DNA of 64,000 bases. Origin: the human T2T-CHM13v2.0 reference genome, Homo sapiens. This document shows positions 56,958-64,000 of this stretch, in pieces (position 1 is the first letter of the stretch; each line of letters begins with the position of its first letter). The translations under genes and the position numbers were made by a program. The stretch lies in NCBI RefSeq assembly GCF_009914755.1, contig NC_060936.1. One strand, given 5' to 3'. The notes below the pieces were generated by a model. The model was not told the DNA's origin. It saw only the letters and a list, made by a program, of their open reading frames with translations, and did no database searches.

Positions 56958-57212
56958 TTAGAATTATGGTGGGAGGCAAAAGGCACTTCTTACATGGTGA
57001 TGGCAAGAGAAAATGAGTATTATGCAAAAGCAGAATCCCCTGATAAAACCACCAGATCTCATGAGATTTCTTCACTACCAAGAGAATAGTATGGGGAAAA
57101 CTGCCCCCATGATTCGAATTATCTCCCATCGGGTCCTTCCCACACCTGCAGGTATTACGGGAGTGCAATTCAAGATGAGATTTGGGTGGGGACACAGCGC
57201 CAAACCATATCA
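56958..57212 (-). mobile_element. truncated THE1-like LTR
   Basis: ends ccaaaccatatca. Confidence 0.8.
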
Positions 57213-57336
57213 GTGTTCAACGCACAACAAGGAGGCCAGTGGGGCTGGAACACAGAGAGTGAGGAAAAGAGTACTAGGAGATTAGGTCAGAGAGGAAGTG
57301 TCAGGTTGGAAGATGTTATACTCTGGTAAGGACTTC

Positions 57337-57713
57337 TGTATTAGTCCATTCTCATGTTGCTATAAAGAACTACCTGAGACTAGGTAATTTATAAAGAAAA
57401 GAGGTTTAATTGACTCACAGTTCAGCAGGCTGAACAGGAAGCATGGTTGGGGAAGACTCATGAAACTTACAATCATGGCAGAAGGCAAAGGGGAAGCAGA
57501 CACATCTTACATGGCTGGAGGAGGAAGAGAGCAAAGGGGGAGGTGCTACACACCTTTATACAACCAGATCTCATGAGAACTCACTCTCATGAGAACAGCA
57601 AGAGGGAAATCCACCCCCATGATCCAATCGCCTCCCACCAGGCCCCCCATCAAACACTGGGGATTACAATTTGACTCAAGGTTTGGGTGGGGACACAAAC
57701 CCAAACCATTTCA
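57337..57713 (-). mobile_element. MST-type solo LTR
   Basis: 5-bp TSD ACTTC. Confidence 0.88.
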
Positions 57714-57754
57714 ACTTCATATTTTAGGATGTTAGAAGGGGAGCCTTCACAGAG

Positions 57755-58693
57755 TGTTTTAGTTTCCTATTGCTATGGTAACAAATTACCACAAAGTTAC
57801 TGGCTTAGGAAAATACAAATTAATTATCTTCTGGTTCTGGAGGTCAGATATCCAAAATAAGTCTTGCAGAGTGTATTAATTTTCTAGGGCGGCCATGAAG
57901 CAAGTACAAACTGGGTGGCTTAAACATCAGAAATTTGTCGTCTCACAGTTCTGGAGGCTAAAATCTGAGATCAAGGTGTCAGCAGGATTGGTGTGAATAA
58001 TAATCTGTTTCATGCCTTTCCACTAGTTTCTCATGGTTTGCTGGCAATCTTTGGCATACCTTAGTTTGTAGTGCCTCACCACAATCTCTGCTTTCACCTT
58101 CATGTGATGTTCTTCCTGTGTTCATGTCTGTGTCCAATTTTCACTTCTTTATCAGGACACTGGTCATATTAAATTAGGTCCTGCCCTAATGACCTCATTT
58201 TAACTTGGTTATCTCTATTAAAGACCCTATCTCCGGGTAAGATCACATTCTGAGATACTGGGGGTTAGGACTCCCAAATATTTATTTTTTTGGAGGGGAC
58301 ACAATTCAATTCATAACATACGGGGTTAAAATCAAAGTGATTTCAAGACTGCATTCCTTCAGGATACTCTAGGGGGGAATCTGTTCTTTGACCTTGCCAC
58401 CTCTAGAGTCCACATTCCTGGGCTCATGGCCCCTCCCAGCAATGGCACCACTCCCACCTCTCCTTCCTTTGGCTCATCTTCTCTAACTCTCACTCTCTTG
58501 CCTCCCTCATATAAGAACCTTTGTTATTATACCTGGAGAATCAAAGATAATCTCCCACCTCAAGATCCTTAACTTAGTCACATCTGCAAAGACTCTTTTA
58601 CCACATAAGGCCACATATTCGCAGGTTCTGGGGGTTGTAGGTTAGGGATTAGGGGATCAGGACATCTTTGAGGGATCATTATTCTGCCCACCT
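57755..58693 (-). mobile_element. nested MLT1 LTRs (one MLT1 at ~57872-58320 inside another)
   Basis: two MLT1 starts and two MLT1 ends in nested order. Confidence 0.7.
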
Positions 58694-60949
58694 CAGAGGG
58701 TTTTGAGCAGAAGAGTGATATAATCTGCATTGTATTTTAGAAGAATCTCTGTACCTGCTGGGTGAAAGGGAAGAATTTGAAGCAGGAGACCCAATAGAAG
58801 GCTGTAGCAATGGTTCTGGTGGAAGAAGATGGTGCCCTGGACAAGAGTGGTTGGGGTGGAAGTGCAGAGAAGTTGTCAGATTCTGAATGTGTTGTGAAGA
58901 TTGACTTGCCCATGGACTGCATGAGACAGGTGAGATAATGACAACTCCTTACTGTCTCTTTTTCAGAATAACAGTAACTCATATTTGTTTACCCCCTTAC
59001 AATTTTCGACATGGTTTATACATTTATTTTCTCATTAGAATTCCCTACAACCTTTTTATATATATCATTATTTTACATGTATTTTACATAGACAAGACTG
59101 GAAGATCAGAGAGGTGATTTCTTCTAGTGATTTGATTTTTAGTTGTTTTGAGCCAAGTTTTTTTTTTTTTGAAATTGTCTTGAAATATGCTTGATGGGTT
59201 TTAAGCACAGAAATTACTAGGTAAGTTTATACTGGTGATGAAGGGAAACTGGTGTCCTCTGATGTCACCTATGTTTTATAAATAAATTCACAAATTCCAA
59301 AGCCAGAGATAGTTCCATATTTAGTTTGGTGAGGATTAAATGAGTTTATATATACAAAGAGTTTAGAACATTGTCTGGTACATGTAAGCCCTATATAATA
59401 ATAATCATGACAATTATTATTTACTATTAGAGTCAGTACTTCCAAAAGATATTTGAAATGGCTATTTTAAAAAGGCAAAACAAAACAAAGAAAAAAATAC
59501 AGGAAAAATTTGCATTTTGAGTTCCTAGAATAAATCAGTTGCTGCAGTTAAATGTTTTAGTTCTGAGCATCTAGGCAGCTATGTCAAAAATGAAAACACT
59601 GTTATGTAATATAGTTCTTGTTGATTTGTAATTGAAATCAAATTAGGTCATCTAAAGAAATGAACTTTTTATGAAATTCTAATCATAATTAAATGTGCAG
59701 ATCCTTGTACAAAGGGGCTTTGAAACAATATTTTGGACTTTCTTAAAAGTCTTAAAGAAGGCCTTTCAGGCATGACGTTAAATCTTAATGCAAAGAAGTA
59801 TTGTATGCATGTGCTAAACCCACATATTCTAGGTGTTTATTTTTTATAAGTGTCCATTTTCCCTCCTGTTGCCAGAGTGACTTTTAAAAATGCAAACACG
59901 ATCATGTCACTCCCCTGCTTAAAATTCTTCCCTGACTCTTCATTGCCCACAGTGGTGGTCTCAAGCTTATTTTTAGTCATGGAACCATTTCTTCAAATTA
60001 GAACTTACACAGAAATTCAATATGTAAATAAAATATAGGCTGAGTTGCTCTGGATGAAGTACAGGTGAGGACCTGGCATCTGCATTTCCAGCTTCATCTA
60101 CCTCTCTGCTCGTGCACCTTGTTCCATCCTCCAACCATCAGGATATAATCAGAACCCTTCAGTGTGGTCTAAACAACTTCCATTCAACCCATAAGTTGCC
60201 ATGCTGGCTGCACTTAGTTTGAGCTTAGATGAGAATCTAACTTACTAACCAAACTGGTACAATTTTGAAAATGAGTTGTTAAAAAATTAACATTATATGA
60301 GTTTTGAAATATTTACTTATTGTTCAACAAACTGGTTTTATGTTATTGTTAAGCATATAAAACAATTCCATTAAAACTGTTTTAAAAGGTCTCTCTAAAA
60401 ATATTAAAGCAAAAATAAAAAACAAAGATCAAAAATAAAAACAAAAAATAAAAAATTATTAAAGCAGATATATTGATTGAATATTTCAAAAAACACAAGT
60501 GTAATAATTACTCTTCAAACATAGTACTGTATTTTACTTAGTTTCTTAGTTTGGTCTGCCTTTAAGCCTATGACATTGTTTCTCTTCCTCCTCCCCTTCT
60601 TTTCTTTCTTTATTCTTTGAGTAAATAATGCTTTTTTCCCTAATTTGGTTCCAAAATTTTAATAAAATTGCCTCTAATCTTCAAAATATAATTTTATGAT
60701 ATATAAATGGAAAATGTTTGATATATTTACTTCTAGATGAAAATTCTATTTTTAATGAGAATATATTCTCTCTGTCAGTGGTGAGGTAATCAGTAAGCTC
60801 ACAACAAATGCGGCTAAATAGAAGATATTCCCAATTCTCTTTTAAAATATATTAAAATGGGTAAACATTTTAGCCTAGATATTTTTCTTTCAATCTGGAA
60901 TGCCTTTCTTTGACATGCACTTCTATAAGACAAATCTTGTAGATCAATA

Positions 60950-61712
60950 TTTCTCAGGGCCAGGCTGCCAACTAGTCCTAGTGCTAGGCTGTGAGCTGGC
61001 ATGCACTATGTGCCTACCCAGTGGCTTCTGGAGCAGGTTTGAGGCACCCACCAGCGAGCTTCAGTGTTGTCCTCCTACGAACTCATTCCTGTGAGAGCAG
61101 AACCTCTTCGAGAGCAGAAGGTGAATTCTAAAAAAGACCAAGCAGGAAAGGGCTGCTTGAAAAATAAGATATGAAAACTGGAAAAGGCTAGCCAAGAGCT
61201 CATTCTTGTTGCAGATTTTATTAGCCTTGTGAGGTTCTTGGATAAAGCAAGCCAGTGGCCTCAGGTGGAGCTCTCCTTGGAGGAGAGTGAGTGGAGAGCT
61301 CTGCTTCTGATGAGTGGTCTCTGTACAAGCAGCGAGAGCACACTATGGACAGGGACACCATCAAGGCTGTGCTGGGGACCCAGCAGGAAGCTCTGCAGGA
61401 GCTACCACTCAAGTCCCCTGAGTTCCCCACTGAGACCATCAAGTGGGACTGCAGCATGTTCCCCTTTGAATGGGAAGGTCCAGATTATACACTATGGGTC
61501 TCTAACTACCAGCCCCCCAAAGGCAGGTACAATGACATCACCAAGATGTACACACAGGTAGAGCTCAAGAGAGAGTTGCAGCAGCCAACCTTGGAACATG
61601 AGGCCCCGAGAGTCAGAATGACCAGGGTTCCAGTCGGCTTTCCACAGAATCAGGCATACTGATAATAAAGACATGTTTAATCAAAAAAGAAAAAAAAATA
61701 AAAGGAAGAAAA
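60950..61712 (+). pseudogene. MRPL40P1: processed pseudogene of mitochondrial ribosomal protein L40 (MRPL40; probably MRPL40P1)
   Basis: intronless, frameshifted MRPL40 remnants (FLDKA..PQVELS.EE.E.RALLL; WSLYKQ...[14 protein letters not shown]; FPFE.EGP.YT...[20 protein letters not shown]); AATAAA 61664 and A-rich tail 61683-61712. Confidence 0.9.
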
Positions 61713-62197
61713 ACGTTGTCTTTATGACTGTTTGGAGCATTTCACCAAATTTAGGTTTTGTGAAAATGTAGACTTCTCAACTCTATTCCATTCTATTCTG
61801 GAACAGAATGCCAATTTATCTGAATAAACGTAGGAGCTCCATCAAAAGACTCTTCAAGTTGAAATATTCCAAAGTGCAATTATAGAATTTCAAAATTAAA
61901 TCCTGTATCCTGTTTAAATTTGTATTGTTAACATTTGTTCACATCCTTTTTTTTTGTATAGACAAATTTCATTTGCTCTTCTGTAAGTTTTGTTTTCAAT
62001 AACTTTAATTCTCTAAAAAGTTTTGCAAGCTGAAGGTTTTTGTTCTTCCACTTGTTGAATGCCTTGATTTAAAATTTCAATACTTGTTAATAAAATGTGA
62101 CCAAAATTTAGAAAACTTGTTTACAAGAGTTGTACGCCACTTGGGTTGACTTGAAAGTAATTTATTTGAAGAATCAAACATTTCAATTAAAGCTTCA

Positions 62198-62557
62198 TGA
62201 TATGGTTTGGATTTCTTTTCCTGCCCAAATCTCATGTTGAATTGGAGGAGGGGACTGGTGGGAGGTCACTGGATCATGGGGGCAGGTTTCCTTCTTGCTG
62301 TTCTCCTGGTAGTGAGTGAGTTCTCATGAGATCTGATCGTTTAAAAGCATGTGGCACCTCCCTCTTCTTTTTCTTTCCTGATTCATCATGGTAAGATGTG
62401 CTTGCTTTCCCTTAGTCATCTGCCGTGATTGTAAGTTTCCTGAGGCCTTCTAGCCTCATGCTTCCTGTATAGCCTGTGGAACTGTGAGTCAATTAAACCT
62501 CTTTTCTTCATAAATTACCCAGTATCAGGTATAGCAGTGTGAGAACAGACTAATAGA
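62198..62557 (+). mobile_element. MST-type solo LTR
   Basis: tgatatggtttgg...gactaataga; 5-bp TSD CTTCA. Confidence 0.88.
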
Positions 62558-63296
62558 CTTCAATTAAAGATTTATTCTTGATAGGTCCAAAACTTTGGCT
62601 GATGGGGAAATGGGGCTGTCTAGAACGCCAGATACATGTTACAAGGGGAGGGAGGAAAGTAAGTGAGAGCATGTCTTATTCTTCTTCTGAACTGGTGAGG
62701 CAGTCATCTTAGCTGTCCATAGTGCTATGGACCACTGGAAAACAGCCCCTTTCTTAATGTCTTGGCCATCAGGAATGGTCATCCATCTGGCAAACATTTG
62801 CAGTTTGCCTACCACGTGTTAGATACAGCCTGGGGTGCTGGGGTTGCAGAGTCAAACTCTTAATCTTTTTTCAGAATGAACCTATGGCAGGTGAGAGGGG
62901 AAAACAAACCATTTTACCAGCATATGATGGGCACTGTGATGGAGTTATAAATAGGGTCTTGTAGGAGCATAAAAGCAAGGGGCTGCAGACTGCTTGGATG
63001 AGACAAGCGAAGGCAGCTCCTGAGCTGAAGTTTGAAAACAAGTAGGCATTACTCAGACTGTCAAAAGGCAGGCATTGGGCAAAAAAGCAAGAGCATATAT
63101 GTAGTGTAGTGACTGAGGGTGCCTAGTGTATTTAGGGAAACCTTCAAGTAGCTCTGTATGCTGGAAGTTGAGTTTGTGTTGCAAGTGTGGAAGGTGAGAA
63201 ATTTGCCTAAAATCAACTGATCAGAGGCTGGTGAACACTACAGGGAAAGGATTGGTGACAATTTAGATACATTTCTGAAACTTTTGAATTTCATAA

Positions 63297-63598
<302 letters not shown>

Positions 63599-64000
63599 TG
63601 ACAATCAATTTTATACCGACAACTCTGTTTACTTTTGTATAATCTTACTGATAGGTTAGAACATGGCTATCTCATTGTGATGACAGATTGCAGGAGACAG
63701 TTGCTCAAATGATAGTATCGGTCTATCTTGGTCAAGTGTCTTAGCTATATGAATTTATCATTTAACACTAACAATACAAATGTTCAGCTGGTAAATAGCT
63801 CAAAGATCGACAGGAAGGTGTCTAAAACTACAGGAGTGTCCAAGCAAGCAAGGTTTCACAGTGAGGGAGGAAGTGGAATGAAAAGGGGGAGATGGCAGAC
63901 TTGAAAAGAGCCCAAGAGTTTGGTTGTGGGCCAGTGAAGCATTTCAGTTTTCCGGATAGTTATGAAAACTGAAACTATGACTCCAAATGTGGGTTCAAAG

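Overview
Human (primate) genomic DNA, AT-rich and rich in Alu, L1 and LTR repeats, with no CpG island. Bases 1-~29.5 kb carry the 3' part of CAND1 (cullin-associated NEDD8-dissociated protein 1, HEAT-repeat protein) on the + strand: 13 coding exons (inferred exons 3-15; the first exons and promoter lie upstream). All have GT-AG boundaries that join in frame to a TAG at 22353-22355. A long 3'UTR follows, with candidate proximal (~23.65, ~24.12 kb) and distal (~29.46 kb) poly(A) signals. The rest is repeat-dense intergenic DNA: two back-to-back ERV1 solo LTRs, an L1 that keeps 5'UTR+ORF1 but lacks ORF2, a near-full-length old antisense L1 with nested inserts, a 5'-truncated SVA, MaLR LTRs, many Alus, and a processed MRPL40 pseudogene. 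The most unusual structure is a 52-bp inverted repeat in CAND1 intron 13 that is fully paired as RNA. Its right arm holds a complete candidate in-frame 12-nt microexon, and its only arm mismatch is the G of that microexon's donor GT. Other leads are a candidate poison microexon inside an intron-3 tandem duplication, inverted Alus confined to the long 3'UTR, and several templated-insertion scars. Repeat subfamily names come from remembered consensus similarity and need RepeatMasker/Dfam confirmation. None of the functional ideas can be confirmed from sequence alone.
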